DNA of 64,000 nt from Escherichia phage vB_EcoM_MM02. Within the stretch, counting starts at the first letter, position 1. The number at the start of each line of letters is the position of its first letter. Below the pieces are notes generated by a model that saw only the letters and a list, made by a program, of their open reading frames with translations, had not been told where the DNA came from and did no database searches. Shown one piece after another: positions 13,616 to 23,398 of the stretch. Position numbers and translations under genes: made by a program. Location of the stretch: sequence record MK373784.1; one strand, written 5' to 3'.

Positions 13616-13885
13616 TTATTTCTGTGCAATTTCGATGTAAGTTTTCAAAATATTTTGCCAATTAGGCATACCTTCTTGGACATATGCCGGAGAACCGTCT
13701 TTGTTTTTGAATGATGCAAGTTTATCAGTGGCCCAATAGCCTTTAGCTCGAGCTTCAGAATCAATTTTCATCCATACTTTGTTGAAGGCATTACCATTAA
13801 CTTTTGCACCATATTTTTCTACTAACTTAACTGCTTCAGCTTCCAGAACTTTTAAAGTATCTCGTAAGAAACGTGCTTTAGTCAT
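13616..13885 (-). CDS. hypothetical small early protein on opposite strand between genes 23 and 24
   Basis: 89-aa ORF with ATG at 13885, GAGGAG ribosome-binding site and canonical early promoter (GTTTAC-18-TACTAT) upstream on minus strand. Confidence 0.6.
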   Translation of the reverse strand: MTKARFLRDTLKVLEAEAVKLVEKYGAKVNGNAFNKVWMKIDSEARAKGYWATDKLASFKNKDGSPAYVQEGMPNWQNILKTYIEIAQK

Positions 13886-13915
13886 TTTGTTTACTCCTCT
13901 GTAGTTGATAAGTCT

Positions 13916-13945
13916 ATAGTATCACATACCAAATACGTTGTAAAC
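13916..13945 (-). promoter_or_regulatory. early promoter (-35 GTTTAC, -10 TACTAT) for the 13616-13885 gene
   Basis: minus-strand GTTTACAACGTATTTGGTATGTGATACTAT. Confidence 0.6.
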
Positions 13946-13951
13946 AATCTT

Positions 13952-13959
13952 TATAAATA
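13952..13959 (+). promoter_or_regulatory. late promoter (TATAAATA) for gene 24
   Basis: Exact TATAAATA 28 nt before gene 24 ATG. Confidence 0.7.
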
Positions 13960-13986
13960 ATCTATATCACATAAGGAAAAAATGCA

Positions 13987-15270
13987 ATGAGTAAAATCCA
14001 AAAATTATTGCGTGAATCTACAACGTCTACTAGCAACTCAATCGGTCGCCCAAATCTCGTTGCTTTGACTCGCGCTACGACTAAATTAATATATTCTGAC
14101 ATTGTAGCAACACAAAGAACTAATCAACCTGTTGCTGCTTTTTATGGTATCAAATATCTTAACCCAGATAACGAATTCACATTTAAAACCGGTGCTACTT
14201 ATGCTGGCGAAGTTGGATATGTAGACCGAGAAAAAATTACTGAACTCACAGAAGAATCAAAAGTCACACTAAATAAAGGTGATTTTTTCAAATATAATAA
14301 TATCGTCTATAAAGTGTTAGAAGATACACCATTTGCAGATATTCAAGAAAGTGATCTAGAATTAGCTCTTCAGATTGCAGTCGTTCATTTAAAGGTACGG
14401 TTATTTTCAGATGCAGCGGTAACAAGCAAATTTGAAAGCTCTGATAGCGAAATTTCTGATGCAAGATTCCAGATTAATAAATGGCAAACTTCAGTCAAAT
14501 CTCGTAAACTTAAAACTGGCCTCACGGTTGAATTAGCGCAAGATTTGGAAGCGAATGGATTTGATGCCCCTAACTTCTTAGAAGATTTGCTTGCTACTGA
14601 AATGGCTGATGAAATTAATAAAGATATTCTTCAGTCTTTAATTACTGTATCGAAACGTTATAAAGTTACTGGAATTACTGACACCGGATTTATTGACTTG
14701 AGCTATGCATCCGCTCCAGAAGCAGGTCGTTCATTATATCGAATGGTGTGTGAAATGGTATCACACATTCAAAAAGAGACAACTTATACTGCAACGTTTT
14801 GTGTAGCCTCAGCTCGTGCAGCTGCTATTCTTGCTGCTTCTGGTTGGTTAAAACATAAGCCAGAAGATGACAAGTATCTTTCACAAAATGCTTATGGATT
14901 CTTGGCAAATGGATTACCTCTTTACTGCGATACCAACAGTCCGTTAGATTATGTTATTGTGGGTGTTGTAGAAAATATCGGCGAAAAAGAAATTGTAGGG
15001 TCCATCTTTTATGCTCCATACACTGAAGGAGTAGATTTAGATGACCCGGAACATGTTGGTGCATTTAAAGTTGTAGTTGATCCAGAAAGCTTGCAACCGT
15101 CTATCGGATTATTGGTTAGATATGCTTTATCAGCAAATCCTTACACAGTAGCAAAAGACGAAAAAGAAGCGAGAATAATTGATGGTGGGGACATGGATAA
15201 AATGGCAGGACGTTCAGACTTGTCTGTTTTACTCGGTGTTAAATTGCCTAAAATTATTATAGATGAATAA
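13987..15270 (+). CDS. 24: capsid vertex protein gp24
   Basis: 427 aa as T4 gp24; late promoter at 13952-13959. Confidence 0.92.
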   Translation: MSKIQKLLRESTTSTSNSIGRPNLVALTRATTKLIYSDIVATQRTNQPVAAFYGIKYLNPDNEFTFKTGATYAGEVGYVDREKITELTEESKVTLNKGDFFKYNNIVYKVLEDTPFADIQESDLELALQIAVVHLKVRLFSDAAVTSKFESSDSEISDARFQINKWQTSVKSRKLKTGLTVELAQDLEANGFDAPNFLEDLLATEMADEINKDILQSLITVSKRYKVTGITDTGFIDLSYASAPEAGRSLYRMVCEMVSHIQKETTYTATFCVASARAAAILAASGWLKHKPEDDKYLSQNAYGFLANGLPLYCDTNSPLDYVIVGVVENIGEKEIVGSIFYAPYTEGVDLDDPEHVGAFKVVVDPESLQPSIGLLVRYALSANPYTVAKDEKEARIIDGGDMDKMAGRSDLSVLLGVKLPKIIIDE

Positions 15271-15281
15271 ACAAAAAAAAA

Positions 15282-15297
15282 GGGACCTTACGGTCCC
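15282..15297. terminator. bidirectional terminator between convergent 24 and rnlB
   Basis: gggaccttacggtccc flanked by A-run and T-run. Confidence 0.75.
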
Positions 15298-15304
15298 TTT
15301 TTCG

Positions 15305-16303
15305 TTATGATACTAATTCAATCCATGCAGGACGCAGAACATCTTGCACCATTCGGACTAATTCTTTCTTAACAAGATTCGGATTATCGGATGATGTTAA
15401 TACAATACCTTCACGAGAAGTTTCTTCCAGAATATCTTGAACAGTCAATCCCATCACTTTGCCAAAATCTTTTGGCGTTACAGTCCCAATCTTAGAAATC
15501 ACATTATTAACACGGTTTAATGTAACATAACAAGCTAGGACATCAAGCAAGTTTTTGTCAATTTCGGTTAATGGAACCTGAGTTTTAATAGGCTTATCAG
15601 ACTTTTTCTTTTCACTGAATTTAGAGTTCTTACACTTAATAGCTACACGAGTACCGTTTGGCAGCCATTTAGGGAAACAAGGCTTCAGAACATAACCTTC
15701 TGCCGTATTATCGCCAATAACATTAGCATCAAATACGCAATTATTTGCTTCGACAAGGTCTTCCGATGCCGTGGCGTTATAAGCGGCTAAGACAGAATCA
15801 AGGTCGTTTGGAATCATGATAAGAGCATCAAATGTGCCACGACCAAGCATTGGTGCCATTTTAAAACCGAATTCATTACAGAAATCTTGCATTTCGTAAT
15901 CGGTCAAATACGTATTATCACCACTTTCTGTATTGATAAGGATATCGAACACATAAAAATCTTTTTCACCGTAGTCAACACCTTTCTGGATTCCACCACC
16001 AGCGAATTCACCAAAGACCTGATATGATACAGCTCGAGAACTACCCATTACTTCTTGAACGTTTTTAATAGCTTTATCATACTTCTTGAGTACAATTTCA
16101 TAACCATAAAAATCTTCTGCTGGAAGAATAGGGCCTGTGCGCTTGGCGCATGTGACGTTGTCACGTTCAATTATTAACGAGAAGTTAGTCCCATGGATTT
16201 TCTCACGTGCTACCCAAACACCAGTAGTCAAACCATTAGTGTAGAGTTTTTCAATAAACTTAGAGTTGTAGTGGTTTTCAAGACTGCTGTATTTCTTAAA
16301 CAT
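15305..16303 (-). CDS. rnlB: RNA ligase 2 (Rnl2)
   Basis: 332 aa; N-terminus [16 protein letters not shown] and nucleotidyltransferase motif KIHGTNF match T4 Rnl2. Confidence 0.93.
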   Translation of the reverse strand: MFKKYSSLENHYNSKFIEKLYTNGLTTGVWVAREKIHGTNFSLIIERDNVTCAKRTGPILPAEDFYGYEIVLKKYDKAIKNVQEVMGSSRAVSYQVFGEFAGGGIQKGVDYGEKDFYVFDILINTESGDNTYLTDYEMQDFCNEFGFKMAPMLGRGTFDALIMIPNDLDSVLAAYNATASEDLVEANNCVFDANVIGDNTAEGYVLKPCFPKWLPNGTRVAIKCKNSKFSEKKKSDKPIKTQVPLTEIDKNLLDVLACYVTLNRVNNVISKIGTVTPKDFGKVMGLTVQDILEETSREGIVLTSSDNPNLVKKELVRMVQDVLRPAWIELVS

Positions 16304-16394
16304 AAATCACCATTATAAATAATAATATCAAAATAATTAGCAGAGACTCTGTCTCTGACCAGATGTTTAATTTGAATGGATAGAACCTAGATTC

Positions 16395-16420
16395 ATTATA
16401 CCATCAAAAAATGTAAAGCA
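16395..16420 (-). promoter_or_regulatory. MotA-dependent middle promoter for rnlB
   Basis: minus-strand MotA box TGCTTTA, 13-nt spacer, then TATAAT. Confidence 0.55.
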
Positions 16421-16422
16421 TA

Positions 16423-16674
16423 TTAGAACTTGATTTCTATCCAATGACCATCACGCTGGTCGTGATTAATTTTGTACTGAAAGCCGTTATCACGAAGCCA
16501 TTGACCGACTTGTTCAGTTATAGTTAAATCGTTCTTTGACGGGTAGTATGTGAATTGTGTCTGGCCTTTGTCAGCGGCTTTCTCTGCCATCACAGAGAAG
16601 TTAGTAATAAAATCACTCAACAAATTAGCTTTAGTGGCCAGTGCCCTTTCTCTTAATTCCTGTGCAAAACTCAT
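16423..16674 (-). CDS. hypothetical protein (24.2-like position)
   Basis: 83-aa ORF, ATGA overlap with upstream gene stop. Confidence 0.55.
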   Translation of the reverse strand: MSFAQELRERALATKANLLSDFITNFSVMAEKAADKGQTQFTYYPSKNDLTITEQVGQWLRDNGFQYKINHDQRDGHWIEIKF

Positions 16675-16865
16675 TTCTTCACCTTTTTGTTAATCAAACG
16701 TTTACGGTATACAACTTTTTCTTTTGCTTTAAACTTTGACCGAGCTGTCTCGGCTTTAGTCCATAGTAATCCAACTTCTTTAGGTTGTAAACCAATTTTT
16801 TGAGCAATTTCTACGAATGAAAATCCCGCCTCATGTAATGTATAAACTTCAACTTCAGCTCTCAT
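16671..16865 (-). CDS. hypothetical small protein with helix-turn-helix-like segment and basic tail
   Basis: First ATG at 16865 (track start 16871 is TTG); EAGFSFVEIAQKIGLQPKEVG resembles an HTH; Lys-rich C-terminus. Confidence 0.5.
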   Translation of the reverse strand: MRAEVEVYTLHEAGFSFVEIAQKIGLQPKEVGLLWTKAETARSKFKAKEKVVYRKRLINKKVKK

Positions 16866-16945
16866 AATCAATCCCGTATTATTTGGTTTGTGCCATTATA
16901 TACATCAATCTCAAGTTGTGTTTTGTATGCTTTAAAAACGAAGAA

Positions 16946-16959
16946 AGGGGCCGAAGCCC
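16946..16959 (-). terminator. hairpin downstream of hoc
   Basis: ggggc-cgaa-gcccc just beyond the hoc stop. Confidence 0.5.
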
Positions 16960-16966
16960 CTTACGA

Positions 16967-18097
16967 TTATGGATATGTATAGATGATACCAGTTTCCAAA
17001 GCAGTTTTATGGATGATGTATCCATTACGTGATTCTTGAACATCAACTTCCGGATAGTCTTTCATCATCTTCTGAAGAGTGTAACGATGCAGGTAGTATT
17101 TACTATCTGGATCTTCAGTTTTCCAATCTTTACCTTCTTCAGTCATTTTTTGGATTTCATCCATAACCCACCAACCGCACCAGATGTAAGCCGAAGTACG
17201 ATGTGGAAGAGGATGAACATAAGGTAGTTCACCTTCTGGTTCTGGAGCAACTTTATCAGTCACTTGGACTTGACCTTCTGCTGTAATAGTTTTGCTATCA
17301 TAATCAGTAGCAGTAACAGTTGCAGTAACTTCAATAGTTTGACTTCCAATAGATGAGGTATCAACGGTATATACATTAGTTGACCCTTCTACAGGAGAAG
17401 AATCTTTCTTCCATGAATACGCAATTTGCGCTTCTTCTGGAGCATCCGTAACATTAGCCGTAAATGTAGCCGAAGCATCTTGCTGAACGTTAATAGAAGG
17501 AGGAGTCAATGTAACCTGTGGATTCATTGTCTTCTTATTAACCGTTAATGATACTTCATTCGAAGTAACTTCCTTTGCATCATAATCTGTCGCAGTTACT
17601 TGGGCTACACATTTAATTCTTTTTACTCCACTTGTAGTTGGAGTATAGCTAAATGTAGAGTTAGTTTCTCCACCAACCTGTGAATCATCTACATACCACT
17701 GATACGTAGCAGACGCTCCAGCTGGTTGAGAAGCTAAGGCAGCAGTAAATTGAACTGGGGTTCCAATTACTCCAGCTGAAGGACTAGCAGGAGTTACGGC
17801 TAAGGTAGTCGTCTGTGTCTTATTTTGAACTGTGATAGTTGTAGTAGCTTCTGCTGTTTCAGCGTCAGTATCAGGAATAGTATTTGTTGCAACAACTTTA
17901 ATTGTTTTTGTTCCAGCAGGTCCTTTTAACACGTAATCAAAAGTTTCTGCTGATCCTTCTTGGGGAGCATCGTCTACACTCCATGCATAGGTAATAGTTC
18001 CACCTCCAGTTTCACCACTGGGAGTAGCAGTAAACTGCTTAGTCTCATCTATAACTCCAGTAGATGTTTTAGGAGTTATATCAACTGTAAAAGCCAT
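16967..18097 (-). CDS. hoc: highly immunogenic outer capsid protein Hoc (Ig-like domains)
   Basis: 376 aa, same as T4 Hoc; Thr/Val-rich repeated beta-domain composition; synteny with inh. Confidence 0.88.
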   Translation of the reverse strand: MAFTVDITPKTSTGVIDETKQFTATPSGETGGGTITYAWSVDDAPQEGSAETFDYVLKGPAGTKTIKVVATNTIPDTDAETAEATTTITVQNKTQTTTLAVTPASPSAGVIGTPVQFTAALASQPAGASATYQWYVDDSQVGGETNSTFSYTPTTSGVKRIKCVAQVTATDYDAKEVTSNEVSLTVNKKTMNPQVTLTPPSINVQQDASATFTANVTDAPEEAQIAYSWKKDSSPVEGSTNVYTVDTSSIGSQTIEVTATVTATDYDSKTITAEGQVQVTDKVAPEPEGELPYVHPLPHRTSAYIWCGWWVMDEIQKMTEEGKDWKTEDPDSKYYLHRYTLQKMMKDYPEVDVQESRNGYIIHKTALETGIIYTYP

Positions 18098-18106
18098 AAG
18101 TTATCC

Positions 18107-18775
18107 TTATTTTAATGTTACGAAAGAAGAATTACGAGTTTCACGAATTAGAACTGATCCATCGCGATTAATATAATAAATTAAGCTAAATAATGTTTGG
18201 TGAGCAGAAGCGTGAACAAAACTGGTTGGACGAGATTTCCAATCTGGGGTTTCGGCTATCCATTGATAAATCCACCAAGGAACAGTAACATATCCTGGGG
18301 CTTTGCCTAATTTAATGAGTGTAGGACTAAAATTTTCAGGCAGAACAAATTTTACTTCTTTATTTACCTCTGGATCAGGCTCTTTTTCAGATTCAACAAC
18401 CTGAGTAATTGCTTCTTCGAATTTATCATGGTCGAATTCTTTTTCTTGTTCGACAACTTCTAATACTTCAACTTGTTCTGTTGGAGAATCAAACAACAGA
18501 ATAGCTTCTTCTTTAACTTCTTCGTTGGTGAAATTAACACCGTCCGCATCATCTGCGGCAGTAATTAAATCGGTGATAGATAATCCATCGGTTTCAGGTA
18601 ATGGTTCATCAGCCAGTGCGTTAAGAGCTTCTTCGATATCAATAACAATATTATCGAATGATTTTGTTTTCTTAACACTAATGCCAAATTGTTCCGCATA
18701 TTCAAACAGTTTAGCTTTGGCTTCCTTTTTATCAGAAAGAGCACGTAACTCTTCAATATAGTCTTTATCGATCAT
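18107..18775 (-). CDS. inh: inhibitor of prohead protease Inh
   Basis: 222 aa (T4 about 226); adjacent to hoc. Confidence 0.8.
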   Translation of the reverse strand: MIDKDYIEELRALSDKKEAKAKLFEYAEQFGISVKKTKSFDNIVIDIEEALNALADEPLPETDGLSITDLITAADDADGVNFTNEEVKEEAILLFDSPTEQVEVLEVVEQEKEFDHDKFEEAITQVVESEKEPDPEVNKEVKFVLPENFSPTLIKLGKAPGYVTVPWWIYQWIAETPDWKSRPTSFVHASAHQTLFSLIYYINRDGSVLIRETRNSSFVTLK

Positions 18776-18788
18776 GATATTTCCTCAT

Positions 18789-18796
18789 TATAAATA
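18789..18796 (+). promoter_or_regulatory. late promoter (TATAAATA) for uvsW
   Basis: Exact TATAAATA 30 nt before uvsW ATG. Confidence 0.65.
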
Positions 18797-18825
18797 TAAC
18801 TATATTTATTACATGGTAATTTGAC

Positions 18826-20340
18826 ATGACTGACATTAAAGTACATTTTTATGATTTTAGTCACGTGCGCATTGAATGCGACGAAAGTACGTTTTACGAA
18901 CTTCGTGACTTTTTTAGCTTTGAAGCCGATGGGTACAAATTCAACCCTCGTTACAAATATGGGCAATGGGATGGTAGAATTCGACTTTTAGATTACAACC
19001 GTTTGTTACCATATGGACTTGTAGGACAAATAAAAAAGTTCTGTAACAATATGAGTTATTCTGTATGGATTGACCCTAAAATCTTTGAGACTGAAGACCT
19101 TACCAGGGAAGATTTTGACGCATGGCTTTCTAAACAAGAAATTTATTCAGGCAACGCCAAAATCGAACCACATTGGTATCAAAAAGATGCAGTATATGAA
19201 GGACTAGTTAATCGTCGTCGAATTTTAAACCTTCCGACATCAGCAGGTAAATCACTAATCCAAGCACTTTTAGCTCGGTATTATCTAGAGAACTATGAAG
19301 GTAAAATTCTCATTATCGTCCCTACAACAGCATTGACAACCCAGATGGCTAATGATTTTGTTGATTATCGCTTGTTTAGTCATTCGATGATTAAGAAAAT
19401 TGGCGGTGGTGCCGATAAAGCGGACAGAGCTAAAAACGACGCTCCAATTATTGTTGGCACATGGCAAACGGTAGTTAAGCAGCCTAAAGAATGGTTCTCT
19501 CAGTTCGGTATGATGATGAACGATGAATGCCACTTAGCAACAGGCAAAAGTATTTCTTCAATCATCTCAGGATTAAATAATTGCATGTTCAAATTTGGTT
19601 TATCTGGCTCATTAAGAGACGGAAAAGCCAATGTAATGCAGTACGTAGGTATGTTCGGCGAAATCTTCCGTCCTGTTAGCACGTCTAAATTAATGGAAGA
19701 TGGACAGGTAACTGAGCTTAAGATTAATAGTATTTTCCTTCGTTATCCAGACGAATTCGCCACCAAATTAAAAGGTAAAACATACCAAGAAGAAGTTAAA
19801 ATTATTACTGGACTAAAACGACGTACAAAGTGGATTGCTCAACTTTCAGTCAAATTGGCTAAGAAAGACGAGAACGCCTTTGTAATGTTTAAACACGTTA
19901 CACACGGTAAAGAAATATTTGAAGCTATTAAAGAGCTTGGATACGAAAAAGTTTATTACGTATCAGGTGAAGTTGATACTGAAACACGTAACGCGCTTAA
20001 AGTCATGGCAGAAAATGGTAAAGGCATTATTATTGTCGCATCATATGGAGTATTCTCTACTGGTATTTCAGTCAAGAATCTTCATCATGTTATTTTTGCC
20101 CATGGTGTTAAATCAAAAATTATCGTACTTCAAACCGTAGGTCGTGTGCTTCGCAAGCATGGTTCTAAATCTGTTGCTACAGTTTGGGATCTCATCGACG
20201 ATGCAGGTGTAAAACCTAAATCATTAAATACTAAAAAGAAGTATACTCATCTTAATTACTTGTTAAAACACGGTATTGATCGTATCCAACGTTACGCTGA
20301 TGAGAAATTTAACTATGTAATGAAAACAATTAATTTATAA
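18826..20340 (+). CDS. uvsW: UvsW DNA/RNA helicase
   Basis: 504 aa; helicase motifs PTSAGKS (Walker A) and MNDECH (DExH); T4 position. Confidence 0.92.
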   Translation: MTDIKVHFYDFSHVRIECDESTFYELRDFFSFEADGYKFNPRYKYGQWDGRIRLLDYNRLLPYGLVGQIKKFCNNMSYSVWIDPKIFETEDLTREDFDAWLSKQEIYSGNAKIEPHWYQKDAVYEGLVNRRRILNLPTSAGKSLIQALLARYYLENYEGKILIIVPTTALTTQMANDFVDYRLFSHSMIKKIGGGADKADRAKNDAPIIVGTWQTVVKQPKEWFSQFGMMMNDECHLATGKSISSIISGLNNCMFKFGLSGSLRDGKANVMQYVGMFGEIFRPVSTSKLMEDGQVTELKINSIFLRYPDEFATKLKGKTYQEEVKIITGLKRRTKWIAQLSVKLAKKDENAFVMFKHVTHGKEIFEAIKELGYEKVYYVSGEVDTETRNALKVMAENGKGIIIVASYGVFSTGISVKNLHHVIFAHGVKSKIIVLQTVGRVLRKHGSKSVATVWDLIDDAGVKPKSLNTKKKYTHLNYLLKHGIDRIQRYADEKFNYVMKTINL

Positions 20341-20355
20341 GGGCTTCGGCCCTTA
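20339..20355 (+). terminator. hairpin after uvsW
   Basis: agggcttcggccctt. Confidence 0.45.
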
Positions 20356-20365
20356 GGAGATAAAA

Positions 20366-20596
20366 ATGGTACTTGAATTTAAACAATTTTTATACGAAGC
20401 ATCTATTGACGAATTCATGGGTAAAATTGCTAGTTGTCATACCCTAGAAGGGCTTGAAGAATTGGAAGCTTATTATAAGAAACGTATAAAAGAAACGGAA
20501 TTAAAAGATACAGATGATATTTCTGTCAGGGATGCCTTAGCAGGTAAGCGTGCCGAACTTGAAGGCGATGATGAGGATGTGGAAGAAGACTTCTAA
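20366..20596 (+). CDS. uvsW.1: UvsW.1 small acidic protein
   Basis: 76 aa as in T4; immediately downstream of uvsW. Confidence 0.8.
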   Translation: MVLEFKQFLYEASIDEFMGKIASCHTLEGLEELEAYYKKRIKETELKDTDDISVRDALAGKRAELEGDDEDVEEDF

Positions 20597-20656
20597 TTAA
20601 AAAAAAGGGCCCTTCCAAAAAGGTTGGGCCAAAAACCATAGGCAAAAAAGGTAACA

Positions 20657-20824
20657 CTATAGTAAAAGTTGGGTTTCGTTCAATTGCTCTTCTGAACTTT
20701 CTGAAACCGGCAATTGTTGGACATAATTATAACAAGGACCAGGATGTGCTGGACCTTTGTCTGTTTCAACAACCAATGCAGAATCGATTGGAGTTTTACA
20801 GACAACACAAATCTTATCTGACAT
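20657..20824 (-). CDS. small Cys-containing protein (uvsY.-2-like position); not in ORF track
   Basis: 55-aa ORF MSDKICVVCKTPIDS...PGPCY with GGAGG ribosome-binding site; below the track length cutoff. Confidence 0.5.
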   Translation of the reverse strand: MSDKICVVCKTPIDSALVVETDKGPAHPGPCYNYVQQLPVSESSEEQLNETQLLL

Positions 20825-20856
20825 GATTGCCTCCTAAGTTGAAATTACATATCTAT

Positions 20857-21081
20857 TTATACAACTCTCATATGCATATCAATGCCCATATCTTTAGAAT
20901 AAAAATATTCATCAAGATATCCGGCAAATTTTCCTTTAATATAAAGGACGTCTTCACCACACGGGTGGTCTGCCAGGATACGAATATCCTGACGACGTAG
21001 ACGATACTTTTCCATTAAGAATTTAATTTCAGTTTCAAATTCTTCGTCATTATTAAAGGCATCTTCAATTGAATAACGCAT
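20857..21081 (-). CDS. hypothetical protein downstream of uvsY (uvsY.-1-like position)
   Basis: 74-aa ORF, start overlaps uvsY stop. Confidence 0.65.
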   Translation of the reverse strand: MRYSIEDAFNNDEEFETEIKFLMEKYRLRRQDIRILADHPCGEDVLYIKGKFAGYLDEYFYSKDMGIDMHMRVV

Positions 21082-21494
21082 TATTGCCCCGCTTCAAATT
21101 CTCGCATATCCTGGATATGTTTAAGTGCAAAACTACGAGACTTAACTGCGTCAAGTGCACCACTACAGAACTCAAGTAAAATTCCCCAGTATTGTAAAGT
21201 AGTCTCTATTTTAAGCACATCTTTATCTGCAGCCAGGACAGTTTTCATTTCAGATTTCTCGTATCGGTCCATACTGAATTCATCACCGTCACCTCGTCCC
21301 GAGTAGTAGTCTAATCTTGCTTTTAGAGCAGTTTTCTTCTGAGTCTCTATACGCAACATTTCTTTACGAATAAATGAGTGCTTACGTAGCCATTTGCTGT
21401 ATAACTTAACATTATTCGCCGTCTCATATTGCAACTTTGTCATATCAATAGCTAAGTCTGCGTCTAACTCTTCCTGTAAATCTTCCAGCTTCAT
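21081..21494 (-). CDS. uvsY: recombination mediator UvsY
   Basis: 137 aa, same as T4 UvsY; MotA-box middle promoter upstream. Confidence 0.9.
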   Translation of the reverse strand: MKLEDLQEELDADLAIDMTKLQYETANNVKLYSKWLRKHSFIRKEMLRIETQKKTALKARLDYYSGRGDGDEFSMDRYEKSEMKTVLAADKDVLKIETTLQYWGILLEFCSGALDAVKSRSFALKHIQDMREFEAGQ

Positions 21495-21548
21495 AATATT
21501 CTCTCTTTAACTAATAATCTCCCGGCTGTATCGGAAGGACCTAAAACC

Positions 21549-21573
21549 ATTATACATAGGTCGCCTTGAAGCA
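21549..21573 (-). promoter_or_regulatory. MotA-dependent middle promoter for uvsY
   Basis: minus-strand MotA box aATGCTTCA, 12-nt spacer, then TATAAT. Confidence 0.6.
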
Positions 21574-21972
21574 TTACACTCTATTGCTTGACGCTAACTG
21601 AAGTTTAATTTGTTCAATATCGTCAGGGTTGTCTACGACCGAAAATCTAATCTCTACTATAACCGTATAGTCATCATATACTGGCGTTACACTTACAGAA
21701 AGTTTGTCGATGCGTGGCTCATAGTTACGAACAGCTGCCTGGATATTACGCTCAATCGTATCGGCTGTAAGTGGTGTCATGTTCTCGAAAAGTTCATCGA
21801 CCAAATCACATCCAAATTCAGGGTCGAAGGGGCGTGAGCCTTTTCTAGTTGTCACTATACCAAGAAGACTATTTTTAATAGAACGAAGTCCTACAGAACG
21901 AGCAACGTCCTTGTTCCAATCCATACGCATTTCTGGATCGATATCTGAATAAAGTTTATTGATATTAGACAT
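21574..21972 (-). CDS. 25: baseplate wedge protein gp25
   Basis: 132 aa as T4 gp25; ATGA-type overlap with gene 26. Confidence 0.9.
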   Translation of the reverse strand: MSNINKLYSDIDPEMRMDWNKDVARSVGLRSIKNSLLGIVTTRKGSRPFDPEFGCDLVDELFENMTPLTADTIERNIQAAVRNYEPRIDKLSVSVTPVYDDYTVIVEIRFSVVDNPDDIEQIKLQLASSNRV

Positions 21973-22598
21973 TATAGTAACTCAAAGAATTCTTTGAGGC
22001 CTCGTATTGTGTGAACGTGTGACGCCCCACATTTGGGACATTTAATAGGGGTTGCCAGATAAATTGACGGCGATACTAAAAGATTTTTAATATTGATCAT
22101 GTCATCTTCTGTTATAAGGCCGTAAAGGTCGTTTATTTCTGCTTCAGTTAAATCTTCAACAGGGATGGACTCTCCATTGACAAAAACGGCCTCAATACAT
22201 GAAGCAATCATTAATGCGATATTTTTATCGTCAAATAATTTAGGTTGACGGAACTTAATTTTAATACCGCTGAACGAATACCAGGGATCGGCCTGTTCAT
22301 CTAATTGAGTGTGCAATAAATTCATATAGACTTGAAATGAATGCCCACAGGAACAATTCCAGGTGTGTTCTTGATTCACTTCACCTAATGAATGGGCCCA
22401 CAGATTTACCAACAATAGCTCGGCTTCTTGTTTAGTCAAGTTTTTAGCGTTAGAGCAATTAGTGATAATATTGTTCACTGCTGATTCAATAGTACCGGTA
22501 GCCCGTGCACCTATGAGTCCTAAATATTCTTTTAAAGTAAAGGCTCTACAATTCACTTCTTTATCGCCTAAACGTACGGTAAACGTATATTTGTACAT
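21972..22598 (-). CDS. 26: baseplate hub protein gp26
   Basis: 208 aa as T4 gp26; late promoter on minus strand at 22617-22624. Confidence 0.85.
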   Translation of the reverse strand: MYKYTFTVRLGDKEVNCRAFTLKEYLGLIGARATGTIESAVNNIITNCSNAKNLTKQEAELLLVNLWAHSLGEVNQEHTWNCSCGHSFQVYMNLLHTQLDEQADPWYSFSGIKIKFRQPKLFDDKNIALMIASCIEAVFVNGESIPVEDLTEAEINDLYGLITEDDMINIKNLLVSPSIYLATPIKCPKCGASHVHTIRGLKEFFELL

Positions 22599-22616
22599 GT
22601 TAACTCCTTTATTGTG

Positions 22617-22628
22617 TATTTATAAATA
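22617..22628. promoter_or_regulatory. overlapping divergent late promoters for gene 26 (minus) and gene 51 (plus)
   Basis: tatttataaata: minus-strand TATAAATA at 22617-22624 and plus-strand TATAAATA at 22621-22628. Confidence 0.65.
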
Positions 22629-22645
22629 ATAGAAAAGGAGTAATT

Positions 22646-23398
22646 ATGGCTAATATAATTCGTTGTAAATTACCGGATGGTGTTCATCGTTTTAAGCCGT
22701 TCACCGTAGCGGATTATAGAGACTTTTTACTAGTTAGAAATGATATCGAACATCGTTCGCCGCAAGAACAAAAAGAAATAATTGCCGATCTGATTGATGA
22801 TTATTTTGGCGAGTACCCTAAAACATGGCAACCATTTATATTCCTGCAAGTTTTTGCAGGCTCTATAGGCAAAACAAAAGTTCCCGTTATTTTCACTTGC
22901 CCTAAATGCTCTAAAGAAAAAACTGCACCATTTGAGATATATCAAAAAGAACTAGTCGAACCTGAACTTGATGTTGCTGGTATAAAAATACGTTTTTCTT
23001 TCCCTGAAAAGTTTTATGACAACAAGGCATTAATGATAAGTGAAAACATAAAAGAAATATATTATAATGATGAATGGTACCCATGGAATGATTTGACTGA
23101 AGAGAACCAAATCCAAGTAATAGAAGCAATAGACATTGACTCGCTCGAGAAGGTTATTGCTTCTATGAATCCTATTAATTTGACCCTTAGATTAGGTTGT
23201 TGTGAACGACATGTTAAAACATATACTGATATCTTAGAGGTTTTTAAATTGTTAGTTAACCCTGATGAGATTTTTACATTCTATCAGATAAACCATTCAC
23301 TGGTAAAGAGTCAATACACATTGGATTCTATTATGCAAATGATTCCTGTTGAACGTGGTATTGCTTTAACATTAGTAGAAAAGGACCATAAAAAATGA
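22646..23398 (+). CDS. 51: baseplate hub assembly catalyst gp51
   Basis: 250 aa (T4 249); divergent from 26; late promoter 22621-22628. Confidence 0.85.
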   Translation: MANIIRCKLPDGVHRFKPFTVADYRDFLLVRNDIEHRSPQEQKEIIADLIDDYFGEYPKTWQPFIFLQVFAGSIGKTKVPVIFTCPKCSKEKTAPFEIYQKELVEPELDVAGIKIRFSFPEKFYDNKALMISENIKEIYYNDEWYPWNDLTEENQIQVIEAIDIDSLEKVIASMNPINLTLRLGCCERHVKTYTDILEVFKLLVNPDEIFTFYQINHSLVKSQYTLDSIMQMIPVERGIALTLVEKDHKK

